A stretch of 64,000 bases of DNA from an uncultured Candidatus Rokubacteria bacterium (GCA_963805625.1 CAWDVE010000010.1:1920001-1984000); one strand, 5' to 3'; counted from the first letter of the stretch, positions 40,751-51,759 are shown. Notes: a model not told the origin generated them from the sequence alone. Numbers and translations are program-made.

Positions 40751-43700
40751 ATGCAATGTCCCCGGTGCCAGCACGACAACCCACCGCGGGCCAAGTTCTG
40801 CTTGGAGTGTGGGACACCCGCGGACGGTGTGGCCTCGTCCCATGCAGACCTGAAGGCCGAGCTCGAGGGACTGAGGAGCTCGCTCGGCGAGGCGCTGGAA
40901 CAGCAGACCGCCACCGCCGAGATCCTGCGCGTCATCTCCAGCTCTCCGACCGACGTCCAACCCGTGTTCGCGGCGGTGTTGACGAGCGCCGCCCGTCTGT
41001 GCGACGCCTCCGATGCCACGATCTTCCAGGTCGATGGCGACGAGCTCCGCATCGTCGCTCACGAGGGCCCGATCCCTCTTACTCCTGTCAGCGCGCTTCC
41101 TCTGATACGCGGAACGGCCGCGGGACGTGCGGTGCTCGACCGGCGGACAATCCACGTTCCCGATTTGCAGGCCGAGGTTGACGAATACCCTGAGAGCAGT
41201 GCCCTCGCCCGGTCCCATGGTTCCCGGACGGTGCTCAACGTGCCTTTGTTCCGCGGGGCCGAGGCCATCGGGGCGGTCTCCATCCGGCGGACCGAGGTAC
41301 GTCCGTTCACCGACCGGCAAATCGAACTCCTGCAGACCTTCGCCGCCCAGGCCGTCATCGCCATCGAGAACGTCCGGCTGTTCACGGAGCTGCAGGAGAA
41401 GAACCGCGTGGTCATAGAGGCCCACGCGCAGGTGACCGAGTCGCTGGAGCAGCAGACGGCGACCGGCGAGATCCTACGGGTCATCGCGAGCTCGCCGACC
41501 GAGCTCCAGCCCGTCCTGGATGCTGTCGTGGGGAGCGCCGTGAGGTTCTGTGCCGCAGATGACGCGGTCATCCTGCGCCTCGAGGGCGACCGCTTTTCGG
41601 TGGTCGCTCACCACGGCCTGGTTTCTGCTCCTCTCGGGTTCGTGGTTCCGGTGGCCGGGACGACTTCGGGGCGCTGCGTGCTCGAGCGGCGGCCGGTTCA
41701 CGTGGCCGATCTTCAGGCCGCCACGGAGGAGTTTCCCGAGGGGAGCGCCAGCGCCCGAGAGCTGGGCGTTCGCACGATCTTGAGCGTCCCGCTGTTCCGG
41801 GAAGATGTGACGCTGGGCGTGATCATGCTGCGGCACACGCGGGTCGAGCCCTTTTCGGACAAGCAGGTGGCGCTGCTCCAGACCTTCGCCGACCAGGCCG
41901 TGATCGCCATCCAGAACGTGCGGCTGTTCAACGAGACGAAAGAGGCGCTCGAGCAACAGACGGCCACGAGTGAGATCCTGCGAGTCATCGCGAGCTCGCC
42001 GACCGATCTCCAGCCGGTCATGGCGGCGGTTGCTGAGAACGCCGCCCGGCTCTGTGGAGCGAACGACGCGATGATCCTCCGCGTGGAAAACAACATGCTC
42101 CATCCGGCCGCCGTGTTCGGGGGAATGCCGAGCGTGTCGGTCCCACTCTCCCGCCGGTCACCGGGCGGCCGCACGGTGATCGACCAGCAGACTTTGCACA
42201 TCCATGACGTTGCAGCGGTCGCCGCAGAGTATCCCGACAGTCCGGCCGCTGCCCGTGGCGTGCGCACCCTCCTGAGCACCCCGTTGCTGAGCCAGGGCGG
42301 CTCCATCGGGGCGATCGTCATCCGCCGGATGGAGGTCAAGCCGTTCACCGACCAGCAGATCGCTCTCCTTCAGACCTTCGCCGACCAGGCGGTGATCGCG
42401 ATCGAGAACGTGCGGTTGTTCACCGAGTTGCAGGAGAAGAATCGCGCGCTCACCGCCGCCCATGCCCAGATCAGCGAGACCCTGGAGCAGCGGACCGCCA
42501 CGGCCGAGATTCTCCAAGTCATCTCGCGCTCGCCGACCGACGTGCAGCCGGTTTTCGATACCATCGTCCGGTCCGCGGTGCCCCTGTGTGCCGCAGTGCG
42601 GAGCAACGTCCAACTGTTCGATGGCGAACTGATGCATTGGGTTGCGCAGTACAACGTCCGCTCGGAGGCGATGGACTTGATTCACCGGCTCTACCCGATG
42701 CAGCCGGATCGAAGCCAGACAGCGAGCCGCGCGGTCCTGACGAGAAGCGTCGTGCACCTGCCCGACGTCCTGGACGATCACGAGTACCGCCGAGAGCTGG
42801 CTTTGAGTGGCGGCTGGCGCAGCATGCTGTCGGTACCGATGATCCGGGCGGGAGACCCCATCGGGGCGATTACGGTCGTGAGGGACGAGCCCGGGCGGTT
42901 TTCGGAGACCCAGATCGCGCTGCTCCAGACCTTCGCCGACCAGGCCGTCATCGCCATCGAGAATGTGCGGCTGTTCACGGAACTGGAAGGGAAGAACCTG
43001 GCCCTCACGAAGGCCCATGCCCAGGTCACGGAGGCGCTCGAGCAGCAGACGGCGACGGCCGAGATCCTGCGGGTCATCGCAAGCTCGCCGACCGATGTCC
43101 AGCCCGTGTTCGACGCCATCGTAGAGAGCGCGGTGCGCTTGTGTGAGGCGCGGTATGGAGCGGTGTTCAGCTTCGACGGTGAGCTCCTTCGCTTCGTCGC
43201 GCACTACAGCCTTCCCGAGGCAATTTTGGAGGCGGTTCGCAGGCAGTTTCCGGTGCATCCGAGCCGCGCAGTAATTGCGGGTCGGGCGGTCCTGAGCGCC
43301 GAGGTCGTCCAGATCCCCGACGTCTATCTAGATCCCGACATCACTCCCAACGCGGCACGGGCAGGCGTCCGAGGCCTGCTGGCAGTCCCGATCCTCCGCG
43401 CGGATGCCCCCATTGGGGCGATCGTCATCTACCGGACAGATCCAGGCTCGTTCGCCGACAACTACATTTCGCTGCTCAAGACCTTCGCCGACCAGGCGGT
43501 GATCGCCATCGAGAACGTCCGTCTGTTCAATGAGACGAAAGAGGCGCTGGAACAGCAGACGGCCACGGCTGACATCCTGCGCGTGATTGCAGGCTCACCG
43601 ACCGATCTGCAACCGGTCATGGAGGCCGTCGCCGAGAATGCCGCGCGGGTGTGTGGGGCATTAGATTCCTCGATCTTCCGTCTCGAAGGGGAGCACCTGC

Positions 43701-45370
43701 GTGTGGTGGCGCGGCATGGATCGCTGCGCCGATCCCTGGCGGTTGGCGACACCATCCCGGTCAGTCGCGGCACCATAAGTGGACAGGTTGTGGGCAACCG
43801 ACGGACGATCCACGTCGAGGACATCATGGCGGCGGAGGTGGAGTTCCCAGACAGCGTGTCCCGCCTGAGGCAGACCGGGGCCGCGGTCCGGACGGCGCTG
43901 GCGACACCGCTGCTGCGCGAGGGCACACCGCTGGGCGTCATCACCATCTCCCGGGGACCCGAGGTCCGTCCCTTCTCCGAAAAGCAGATCGCGCTCCTCG
44001 AGACGTTCGCCAACCAGGCGGTCATCGCGATCGAGAACGTCCGCCTGTTCCAGGAGCTCGAGGCTCGGACGCGAGACCTGACGCGGTCGGTGGAAGAGCT
44101 GCAGGCCCTAAGCGCGGTTAGCCGGACAGTGAGCTCCACCCTCGACCTCCCCACCGTCCTGACCACGATCGTCAGCCGCGCGGTGCAGCTTGCCGGAGCG
44201 GCGGGCGGAGTGATCTACGAGTATGACGACGCCACTCAGAAGTTCCAGCTCCGGGCGAGTCACCGGATGGAAGAGGAGCTCGTCGAGGTGCTGCGCGCGG
44301 CCCCGATCTCCCTCGGCGAGGGGGCGACGGGCCAGGCGGCCCTTCGCCGCGAGCCGGTTCAGTTGCCGGACATCGGCGACGCGGAAGCGTTCAGCGCGAT
44401 CCGCATCCGGACGGTTCTGTTGCAGCTGGGCTATCGCTCGGTCCTGGCCGTGCCCCTCCTGTCAGAACAGAGGATCCTCGGTGTGCTGACGGTCTGGCGG
44501 CAAGCTGCCGGCCTCTTTCCCGAGGAGGTCGTAAACCTCCTCCAGACCTTCGCCAGCCAGTCCGCGTTGGCCATCCAGAACGCCCGCCTTTTTCGGGAGA
44601 TCGCCGACAAGAGCCGCCAACTCGAGGCGGCCAGTCGCCACAAGTCGGAGTTCCTCGCCAACATGTCCCACGAGCTCCGGACGCCGCTGAACGCGATCCT
44701 CGGGTTCTCGGAGGTCCTGGCCGAGCGGATGTTCGGGGAGGTGAACGAGAAGCAGGCCGAGTATCTGCAGGACATCCTGTCCTCGGGTCGGCATCTACTC
44801 TCGTTGATCAACGACATCCTCGACCTGTCCAAGGTAGAGGCCGGCCGGCTCGAGCTGGAGCTCGGGCGGTTCCACCTGCCCACCGCGCTCGACAACGCGC
44901 TGACCCTGGTCCGGGAACGGGCGACCCGGCATGGGATCAGGCTCACCCAGTCCGTAGCCGAGGGGGTGGGCGACATCGTCGCGGACGAGCGGAAGGTGAA
45001 GCAGATCCTGCTGAACCTCCTCTCCAACGCCGTGAAGTTCACCCCGGAGGGAGGACGGGTGGCCCTCACCGTCACGGCGGCCGAGGGCGTCGTCACCATC
45101 ACCGTCACCGACACGGGGGTCGGAATCGCGCCTGAGGACCAGGCGGCGATCTTCGAGGAGTTCCGCCAGGTCGGGCGCGAGGACGCCCGGAAGCAGGAAG
45201 GCACGGGACTCGGGCTGACGCTGGCCAAGAAGTTCGTGGAGCTGCACGGGGGGCGGATCTGGGTCCAGAGCCAGGTGGGTCAGGGGTCCACGTTCACGTT
45301 CACGCTACCCGTTCGGCTTGACTGCGGGAGTGCGAGCGACCACGGCGAAGGGGCGTCTCTACAGCAATGA
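40751..45370 (+). CDS. Zinc-ribbon + 7 GAF sensor histidine kinase
   Basis: Repeated EQQTAT.EILRVI...FADQAVIAIENVRLF units; FLANMSHELRTPLN, NLLSNAVKFT, DTGVGI, GTGLGL. Confidence 0.95.
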   Translation: MQCPRCQHDNPPRAKFCLECGTPADGVASSHADLKAELEGLRSSLGEALEQQTATAEILRVISSSPTDVQPVFAAVLTSAARLCDASDATIFQVDGDELRIVAHEGPIPLTPVSALPLIRGTAAGRAVLDRRTIHVPDLQAEVDEYPESSALARSHGSRTVLNVPLFRGAEAIGAVSIRRTEVRPFTDRQIELLQTFAAQAVIAIENVRLFTELQEKNRVVIEAHAQVTESLEQQTATGEILRVIASSPTELQPVLDAVVGSAVRFCAADDAVILRLEGDRFSVVAHHGLVSAPLGFVVPVAGTTSGRCVLERRPVHVADLQAATEEFPEGSASARELGVRTILSVPLFREDVTLGVIMLRHTRVEPFSDKQVALLQTFADQAVIAIQNVRLFNETKEALEQQTATSEILRVIASSPTDLQPVMAAVAENAARLCGANDAMILRVENNMLHPAAVFGGMPSVSVPLSRRSPGGRTVIDQQTLHIHDVAAVAAEYPDSPAAARGVRTLLSTPLLSQGGSIGAIVIRRMEVKPFTDQQIALLQTFADQAVIAIENVRLFTELQEKNRALTAAHAQISETLEQRTATAEILQVISRSPTDVQPVFDTIVRSAVPLCAAVRSNVQLFDGELMHWVAQYNVRSEAMDLIHRLYPMQPDRSQTASRAVLTRSVVHLPDVLDDHEYRRELALSGGWRSMLSVPMIRAGDPIGAITVVRDEPGRFSETQIALLQTFADQAVIAIENVRLFTELEGKNLALTKAHAQVTEALEQQTATAEILRVIASSPTDVQPVFDAIVESAVRLCEARYGAVFSFDGELLRFVAHYSLPEAILEAVRRQFPVHPSRAVIAGRAVLSAEVVQIPDVYLDPDITPNAARAGVRGLLAVPILRADAPIGAIVIYRTDPGSFADNYISLLKTFADQAVIAIENVRLFNETKEALEQQTATADILRVIAGSPTDLQPVMEAVAENAARVCGALDSSIFRLEGEHLRVVARHGSLRRSLAVGDTIPVSRGTISGQVVGNRRTIHVEDIMAAEVEFPDSVSRLRQTGAAVRTALATPLLREGTPLGVITISRGPEVRPFSEKQIALLETFANQAVIAIENVRLFQELEARTRDLTRSVEELQALSAVSRTVSSTLDLPTVLTTIVSRAVQLAGAAGGVIYEYDDATQKFQLRASHRMEEELVEVLRAAPISLGEGATGQAALRREPVQLPDIGDAEAFSAIRIRTVLLQLGYRSVLAVPLLSEQRILGVLTVWRQAAGLFPEEVVNLLQTFASQSALAIQNARLFREIADKSRQLEAASRHKSEFLANMSHELRTPLNAILGFSEVLAERMFGEVNEKQAEYLQDILSSGRHLLSLINDILDLSKVEAGRLELELGRFHLPTALDNALTLVRERATRHGIRLTQSVAEGVGDIVADERKVKQILLNLLSNAVKFTPEGGRVALTVTAAEGVVTITVTDTGVGIAPEDQAAIFEEFRQVGREDARKQEGTGLGLTLAKKFVELHGGRIWVQSQVGQGSTFTFTLPVRLDCGSASDHGEGASLQQ

Positions 45371-48300
45371 GGTGCCCCCGGTGCCAGCACGAGAACCCGT
45401 CCGAGTCGAACTTCTGCCTCGGGTGCGGAGTCCGCCTCGGTCTGCGATGCGCCTCCTGCGGCAGCGACCTCCCGACAGAGTCTCGATTCTGCAACAAATG
45501 CGGTCACGCGGTCGGTGACCAGGTTGATTCGGACCGACGCTTCTCCTCGCCTGACGCCTACACGCCCAAGCACCTGGCCGAGAAGATTCTCACCTCCAAG
45601 GCCGCCCTCGAGGGCGAGCGGAAGCAGGTCACGGTGCTCTTCGCCGATCTCAAGGGCTCGATGGAGCTGCTTGCCGATCGGGACCCCGAGGAGGCGCGGA
45701 AGCTTCTCGATCCCATCTTGGAGCGGATGATGGAGGCCGTCCACCGCTACGAGGGCACCGTCAACCAAGTCATGGGCGACGGCATCATGGCGCTGTTCGG
45801 GGCGCCGCTCGCCCACGAGGATCACGCGGTGCGGGCCTGTTACGCGGCGATCGATCTCCAGCGTGCGATGCGGCGGCTGACCGAGGCGCTCCGGCTCTCC
45901 CACGGGCTCACCGTCCAGGCCCGGGTCGGCCTCAACTCCGGCGAGGTCGTGGTGCGCACGATCGCGAGCGACCTCCACATGGACTATACGGCCGTGGGCC
46001 AGACCACCCACCTGGCCGCCCGCATGGAGCAGCTCGCCAGCCCGGGCACGACGCTCCTTACCGCCGACACCCTCCGCCTTGCGGAAGGGTACGTCGAGGT
46101 GACGCCGCTCGGCGCCATGCCGGTCAAGGGGCTGCTCACGCCGGTCGAGGCCTACGAGCTCATGGGCGCGGGACCCCGGCGCTCGCGCCTCTCCGCGGCG
46201 GCCGCGCGCGGGCTGAGTCGTTTCTTGGGCCGGGACGGGGAGCTGGACCAGCTCCGGGAGGCGCTCGGTCGTGCGGCGAGCCGGCACGGTCAGGTGGTGG
46301 CGATCGTCGGCGAGCCCGGCGTCGGGAAGTCGCGGCTCGTCTGGGAGGTGACCCACTCCCACCGGGCTCACGGCTGGCTGATCCTCCAGGCGGGCTCGGT
46401 GTCGTACGGCAAGGCCACGCCGTATCTCCCGGTGATCGACCTCCTCAAGGGCTACCTCCAGATCGCCGACCGTGACGAGCCCCGCGCCATCCGGGAGAAG
46501 GTCACGGGCAAGCTCCTCACGCTCGACCGTACCCTTGAGCCCGCGCTCCCCGCGCTCCTCGCGCTGCTCGACGTGCCGGGGGAGGACCGCCGGTGGGAAG
46601 CGCTGGACCCGCCCGCGCGGCGGCAGCGGACCATCGAGGCTTTGAGACGGCTCCTCCTGCGGGAGAGCCAGGCCCAGCCGCTCCTGGTCGTGTTCGAGGA
46701 CCTCCACTGGATCGACGCGGAGACGCAAGCCGTCCTCGATCGGCTGGTCGAGAGCCTGCCGACGGCCCGGTTCCTGCTCCTCGTCAACTACCGCCCGGAG
46801 TACCGGCACGACTGGGGTGGGAAGACCTACTATCGCCAGCTCCGGCTCGATCCGCTCGCGCCGGCCAATGCGACCGCACTGCTGGAGACCCTGCTCGGCG
46901 GCGACGCCGGTCTCGAGCCGCTAGAGCGCCTCCTCCTCGCGCGGACCGAAGGCAACCCGTTCTTCCTCGAGGAAAGCGTGCGGAGCCTCGTGGACGACGG
47001 GGTGCTCGCGGGCGAGCGCGGCGCGTATCGGCTCGTGAAGGCGGCGGACACCATCCACGTGCCGGCCACGGTGCAAACGATCCTGGCGGCGCGGATTGAC
47101 CGGCTACCGCCGGAGGACAAGACGCTCCTCCAGACCGCCTCGGTCGTCGGCACCGACGTCCCGGTCGCCGTGCTCGCGGGCGTCGCCGACACAGCCGCGG
47201 AGGCGCTGGCCGACCGCCTCGGCCGCCTCCAGGCCCGCGAGTTCCTCTACGAGACGCGCCTCTTCCCCGACGCCGAGTACACCTTCAAGCACGCGCTCAC
47301 GCATGAGGTGGCCTACGGGAGCCTGCTCCAGGATCGCCGGCGCGCACTCCACGCCCGGGCCGTCCCGGCCATCGAGGGCCTCTACCCTGAGCGGCTCGCC
47401 GAGCACGTCGAGCGCCTGGCCCACCACGCGCTCCGGGGCGAGGAGTGGGAGAAGGCTGTCTCCTACCTCCATCAGGCCGCCAGAAAGGCGTTGGCGCGCT
47501 CGGCCTACCGGGAAGCCGCGGCCAACTTCGAGCAGGCGCTCGACACGCTCCGGCACCTTCCGGAGGGTCCGGAACGGACGAAGCAGGCCATCGACCTCCA
47601 CCTCGACGCCGTCGGCGCGGTGGTAGGGGCGGGCGCGTGGGTGAAGAGCACCGAGCATATCCACGAGGCAAAACGCCTCGCCGAGGCGCTGGGGGACGAG
47701 CGCCGGCTGGGGCGGACCTTGGCGGCGCTAGCAGTCTGGGCCTGGAGCGCGGGTGATCCCGATCAGGCGCTCGAGCTGAGCCATCGGGCTCTGGCCATCG
47801 CCATTGGCCACAACGACGAGTCCCTCCAGGCATTGGTTGGCGACCGCCTCGGCGCGATCTGGCAGGAGAAGGGAGACTATCGGCAAGCTGTCGAGCACCT
47901 CAGCCGGGGCGTGGAGGCGCTTCAGGACAATCGGCAGTACAAACGGACACCGACCGGCGTCGTGGTGTCCATCTGGGCGCGGGATCGGCTCGCCGCGTGC
48001 CTCGCCGAGTTGGGTGACTTCGCCGAGGCAATGGCGCGCGCCGAGGAGGCCGGCCGGATCGCCCGCGAGATCGATCATGCCCCCAGCCAACTCTGCGCTT
48101 ACCGAAGCCTGGGGCTCGTGTCCCTCCGCCGCGGTGATCTCGTACAGGCGATTCCTCCGCTCGAGCATGCCGTCGAGCTGTGCCGAGGCATCCCGGCACC
48201 GAACTACTTCGACGGCTCGGCTGCACGCCTCGGCTACGCGTACGCGCTGTCGGGCCGCCTTCCCGAGGGCGTGGCCCTTATCGAGGAGGCGTTGGCCAAC

Positions 48301-48735
48301 CCTGCGGCGATGGGCGGCGTCGCCAACCATCCGCTGTTCCTGGCCTACCTCGGCGAGGCACACCTCCTGACCGGCCGTGCGGGCGATGCGCTCGAGGTCG
48401 CCCGGCGCGCCCTCGACCTCGCGCAGCGCCAGAAGGAGCGCGGCAACGAGGCGTGGGTGCTGCGCCTCCTTGGCGAGATCGCCGCGCACGACGACCCGCC
48501 AGACGTGAAGTCAGCCGAGGACCACTACCGCCAGGCGCTCGCGCGATCCGACGAACTCGGCATGCGCCCCCTGGTCGCCCACTGCCACCTCGGCCTCGGC
48601 AAGCTCTACCGGCGAACCGGGGACGGCGCGAAGGCCGAGCAGCACCTGACGATCGCGAGAGCCATGTATCGGGAGATGGGCATGAGTTTCTGGCTGGAGA
48701 AGGCAGACACGGAGCTGGGTGGAGTCCAGCGATGA
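45367..48735 (+). CDS. Double zinc-ribbon class III cyclase-AAA ATPase-TPR protein
   Basis: LFADLKGS, GDGIMALFG, GEPGVGKS, VFEDLHW, GNPFFLEE, TPR-like C-terminus. Confidence 0.95.
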   Translation: MRCPRCQHENPSESNFCLGCGVRLGLRCASCGSDLPTESRFCNKCGHAVGDQVDSDRRFSSPDAYTPKHLAEKILTSKAALEGERKQVTVLFADLKGSMELLADRDPEEARKLLDPILERMMEAVHRYEGTVNQVMGDGIMALFGAPLAHEDHAVRACYAAIDLQRAMRRLTEALRLSHGLTVQARVGLNSGEVVVRTIASDLHMDYTAVGQTTHLAARMEQLASPGTTLLTADTLRLAEGYVEVTPLGAMPVKGLLTPVEAYELMGAGPRRSRLSAAAARGLSRFLGRDGELDQLREALGRAASRHGQVVAIVGEPGVGKSRLVWEVTHSHRAHGWLILQAGSVSYGKATPYLPVIDLLKGYLQIADRDEPRAIREKVTGKLLTLDRTLEPALPALLALLDVPGEDRRWEALDPPARRQRTIEALRRLLLRESQAQPLLVVFEDLHWIDAETQAVLDRLVESLPTARFLLLVNYRPEYRHDWGGKTYYRQLRLDPLAPANATALLETLLGGDAGLEPLERLLLARTEGNPFFLEESVRSLVDDGVLAGERGAYRLVKAADTIHVPATVQTILAARIDRLPPEDKTLLQTASVVGTDVPVAVLAGVADTAAEALADRLGRLQAREFLYETRLFPDAEYTFKHALTHEVAYGSLLQDRRRALHARAVPAIEGLYPERLAEHVERLAHHALRGEEWEKAVSYLHQAARKALARSAYREAAANFEQALDTLRHLPEGPERTKQAIDLHLDAVGAVVGAGAWVKSTEHIHEAKRLAEALGDERRLGRTLAALAVWAWSAGDPDQALELSHRALAIAIGHNDESLQALVGDRLGAIWQEKGDYRQAVEHLSRGVEALQDNRQYKRTPTGVVVSIWARDRLAACLAELGDFAEAMARAEEAGRIAREIDHAPSQLCAYRSLGLVSLRRGDLVQAIPPLEHAVELCRGIPAPNYFDGSAARLGYAYALSGRLPEGVALIEEALANPAAMGGVANHPLFLAYLGEAHLLTGRAGDALEVARRALDLAQRQKERGNEAWVLRLLGEIAAHDDPPDVKSAEDHYRQALARSDELGMRPLVAHCHLGLGKLYRRTGDGAKAEQHLTIARAMYREMGMSFWLEKADTELGGVQR

Positions 48736-49706
48736 CGCGAGTCTTGTCGATCATACTGATCGTTGCGGCTCTCGCCGCGCCGCTCGCCACCGAAGCGCAA
48801 CAGCCAGCGAAGGTTCCCCGGATCGGATATCTAGAATCCGGCGCCCCTGGCACGCCCCTCGTGGAGGCATTCCGGCAAGGGCTCCGCGATCTCGGCTGGA
48901 TCGAGGGCCAGAGCATCGCCGTTGAGGTCCGGGCCGCCGACGGGAAGTATGATCGGCTGCCTGAACTCGCGGCTGAGCTTGTCCGTCTCAAGATTGACGT
49001 GATCTTCGCCTCGAGCACGCCAGCGGCCCTGGCTGCCAAGCAGGCCACCACGACGATCCCCATCGTCATCGGGCGTGTGGCCGATCCGGTTGGGAGTGGG
49101 CTGGTCACCACGCTGGCGCGGCCGGGGGGCAACATCACGGGGTGGACGCATCAGGGTCTCGAGTTGCGGGTGAAGTACCTGGATCTGCTCAAAGAGGCCA
49201 TACCGGGGGCCACGCGGATCGGTATCCTCTGGAACCCTGCCAACCCCATCCATGGTCCGTCGTTGAAGTCCATCGAAGCCACGGCCGAGGCACTCAAGGT
49301 GGAGCTTCACCCCGTGGGGGCGCGAGATCCTCAAGAGATCGAGAGCGCCTTCTCTGCGCTGGCCGAAAAACGCGTGCAGGCGCTCACGGTGTTTCAGGAT
49401 GGGATGTTCTTGGCTCAAGGACAGCGGATCATCGCCCTCGCTGCACGAGGTCGAATCCCGGCGATGTACGGTCTCACGGACCTTGTGAGGGCCGGTGGAC
49501 TCATGGGCTATGGAGTCAACTTGCCCGGCATGTACCGGCACGGGGCATCGTTCGTGGACCGCATCCTCAAGGGCGCCAAGCCGGCCGATCTCCCCATCGA
49601 ACAGCCCACCACGTTCGAGTTCGTGATCAACCTGAAGACCGCCAAGGCCCTCGGCCTCACGATCCCGCCGGCGGTGCTCGCGCGGGCGGATCAAGTGCTT
49701 CAGTGA
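48732..49706 (+). CDS. ABC-type substrate-binding protein (DUF534/Trp-Tyr-like)
   Basis: Signal peptide; RIGYL, LARPGGNITG, ILKGAKPADLPIEQPT.FE.VINLKTAKALG. Confidence 0.92.
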   Translation: MTRVLSIILIVAALAAPLATEAQQPAKVPRIGYLESGAPGTPLVEAFRQGLRDLGWIEGQSIAVEVRAADGKYDRLPELAAELVRLKIDVIFASSTPAALAAKQATTTIPIVIGRVADPVGSGLVTTLARPGGNITGWTHQGLELRVKYLDLLKEAIPGATRIGILWNPANPIHGPSLKSIEATAEALKVELHPVGARDPQEIESAFSALAEKRVQALTVFQDGMFLAQGQRIIALAARGRIPAMYGLTDLVRAGGLMGYGVNLPGMYRHGASFVDRILKGAKPADLPIEQPTTFEFVINLKTAKALGLTIPPAVLARADQVLQ

Positions 49707-50683
49707 TGGACCGACGGGGTTTTGTCGCCGGCGCGGTCAGCGTCCTCGCCGGGCCGCTCGTGGCCTGGGCGCAGCCGGTTGGGCACCTCCCAGCGCGGAT
49801 TGGCTACCTGGGGAACGGGAACTCGAACCCGAATACCTCACTGAAGGCGTTCCGGCAAGGCCTTCGTGACCTGGGTTGGATCGAGGGCCAGACGGTCGTG
49901 ATCGAGTACCGCTGGGCCGAAGGCCACCTCGAGCGCCTCCCGGCGCTGGCGGCCGAGTTGGTCCAGGTCAGGTGCGACGTCATCGTCGTGGCCGGGACTC
50001 AAGGGATCCAAGCGGCCAGGCAAGCGACCAGCCGCATTCCCATCGTCATCGGTGCCCTCCTGGTCGACCCGGTCGGCCTCGGCTTCGTAACCAGCCTGGC
50101 GCACCCGGGTGGGAACATCACCGGACTCGCCTCCGAATACGAGGCCATCGTCACGAAGCAAGTACAGCTCCTGACGGAAGCAGTCCCGAGGCTTGCCCGG
50201 CTAGTCCTGCTCCGTTACGCACCCGGTGTGCAGGGTCCAGCCGCCGCCGCGGCCGGCGCCGCCGACACGCTTGGTCTCAGGTTCCGAGTGCTTGAGGTCA
50301 AGGAGGCCGCCGAGCTCGAGGGCGCGTTCCGAACGGCCCGCGACGAGCACGCCCAGGCCATTCACGTGCTACCGAGCCCATTTTTCGACGTGCACCGGCG
50401 TCTGTTGGCCCAGCTGGCTGCCCGCTACCGCCTCCCGGCCATGTACGAGTTCAGGGAATATGTCCAGGACGGAGGCCTCATGTCGTACGGACCGAGTCTG
50501 CCTCAGATGTTCCGGCGGGCTGCCACCTATGTCGACAAGATCCTCAAAGGCGCCAAGCCCGCCGACCTCCCCATCGAGCAGCCGACGAAGTTTGAGCTCG
50601 TCATCAACCTGAAGACGGCGAAGGCCCTCGGCCTCACCATTCCGCCCTCGGTGCTGGCCCGGGCGGACGAGGTCATCCAGTGA
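49706..50683 (+). CDS. ABC-type substrate-binding protein (DUF534-like), Tat-like signal
   Basis: MDRRGFV signal; same conserved C-terminus as the paralogue. Confidence 0.92.
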   Translation: MDRRGFVAGAVSVLAGPLVAWAQPVGHLPARIGYLGNGNSNPNTSLKAFRQGLRDLGWIEGQTVVIEYRWAEGHLERLPALAAELVQVRCDVIVVAGTQGIQAARQATSRIPIVIGALLVDPVGLGFVTSLAHPGGNITGLASEYEAIVTKQVQLLTEAVPRLARLVLLRYAPGVQGPAAAAAGAADTLGLRFRVLEVKEAAELEGAFRTARDEHAQAIHVLPSPFFDVHRRLLAQLAARYRLPAMYEFREYVQDGGLMSYGPSLPQMFRRAATYVDKILKGAKPADLPIEQPTKFELVINLKTAKALGLTIPPSVLARADEVIQ

Positions 50684-50818
50684 TCCCGAATCTGACGCCC
50701 GGGGCCGGCGCGCGGTAGGGTTCGGGCAGGATGGCCGCGCGGGGTCGCCCCGAACGGAGGACGCGGTGACGGACCGACTCCTCGCGTTCCTGTACCAGCA
50801 CGCGGTGAGGACTGCGCC

Positions 50819-51430
50819 ATGAACTGGAGGTTCGCCTATTCGATTGGCTTCCACCCCTGGGAGGACGCCGTCACCGATCCACCATTCGTCGAGAAGGCTT
50901 CGGAACTGTTCGACCGCGAGGAGCAGGGGCGCGAGCCCCCCTACGGGCTGGCACTTGATCTGGGCACGGGGAGCGGAATCTGGGGGATCCAGCTCGCGAA
51001 GCGCGGCTGGCAGGTCACGGGTATCGACTTCGTCGAGAAGGCCCTCCGGCGCGCCCGCGACCGGGTCCAGAACGCCGGCGTCGCCATGCGGCTCATCCAT
51101 GCCGACGTGACCGCTCTGCGAGCGGCGGGCGTTGGCCAAGGCTTCCGGTTGGTCCTGGACACCGGAACCTTCCACGACCTGGACATGGTCCAGCGCGAGG
51201 CAGTGGGTCGGGAAGTCAGCGCGGTCGCGGCGGCCGATGCCACCGTGTTGCTGCTCGTGTGGCCGAAGCGCTGGAGACCACTAATACGGGGCGCGAGCCG
51301 GAGCGAGGTCGAGGCGGGGTTCCCCGGATGGAAGGTGACGAACGTGGAACCCTCGCACTTTCGGCCACCCAAGGTGCTGGAGTTGCTGCTGAGGCCCGAT
51401 GAGCACTGGTATCGGCTTCGTCGAGCCTGA
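50819..51430 (+). CDS. Class I SAM-dependent methyltransferase
   Basis: ALDLGTGSG, VTGIDF, LVLDTGTFH. Confidence 0.9.
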   Translation: MNWRFAYSIGFHPWEDAVTDPPFVEKASELFDREEQGREPPYGLALDLGTGSGIWGIQLAKRGWQVTGIDFVEKALRRARDRVQNAGVAMRLIHADVTALRAAGVGQGFRLVLDTGTFHDLDMVQREAVGREVSAVAAADATVLLLVWPKRWRPLIRGASRSEVEAGFPGWKVTNVEPSHFRPPKVLELLLRPDEHWYRLRRA

Positions 51431-51474
51431 GTTGTACGCTTGTCCATAGTGGCGCGGGCAGACGTGGTGATCCA

Positions 51475-51756
51475 GTGACGCCACCGATCTGGCTCGACGC
51501 CGCTGGCCGGCCCCGTCTGACGCGCGCCTGCTGGACCTGTGGCCGGGAGGTGGCGCCCATGCGGTTCCGGGCTGAGGACCTTCGCCCGCACGGGTGGCGA
51601 CCGCCCCAGACCCTCCAGATCCCTGACTGGTGTGGCTGCTCGACGGAATACCTTCCGGTCCCCACGGGTGATGGCTGGTGGCAGCTGGTGCCGATCTGGG
51701 ACCCTGGGCAGACCACCAATCCACTACGGCGCTATGAGACGCCCGAGCCCCGGTGA
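51475..51756 (+). CDS. Small Cys/Trp-rich hypothetical protein (possible Zn finger)
   Basis: CWTC...WCGC motif; followed after 3 bp by the next ORF. Confidence 0.55.
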   Translation: MTPPIWLDAAGRPRLTRACWTCGREVAPMRFRAEDLRPHGWRPPQTLQIPDWCGCSTEYLPVPTGDGWWQLVPIWDPGQTTNPLRRYETPEPR

Positions 51757-51759
51757 GCG

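Noticed and set aside
40880-44600. Non-coding DNA repeat array
   Set aside because: The repeats are the coding linkers of tandem GAF domains.
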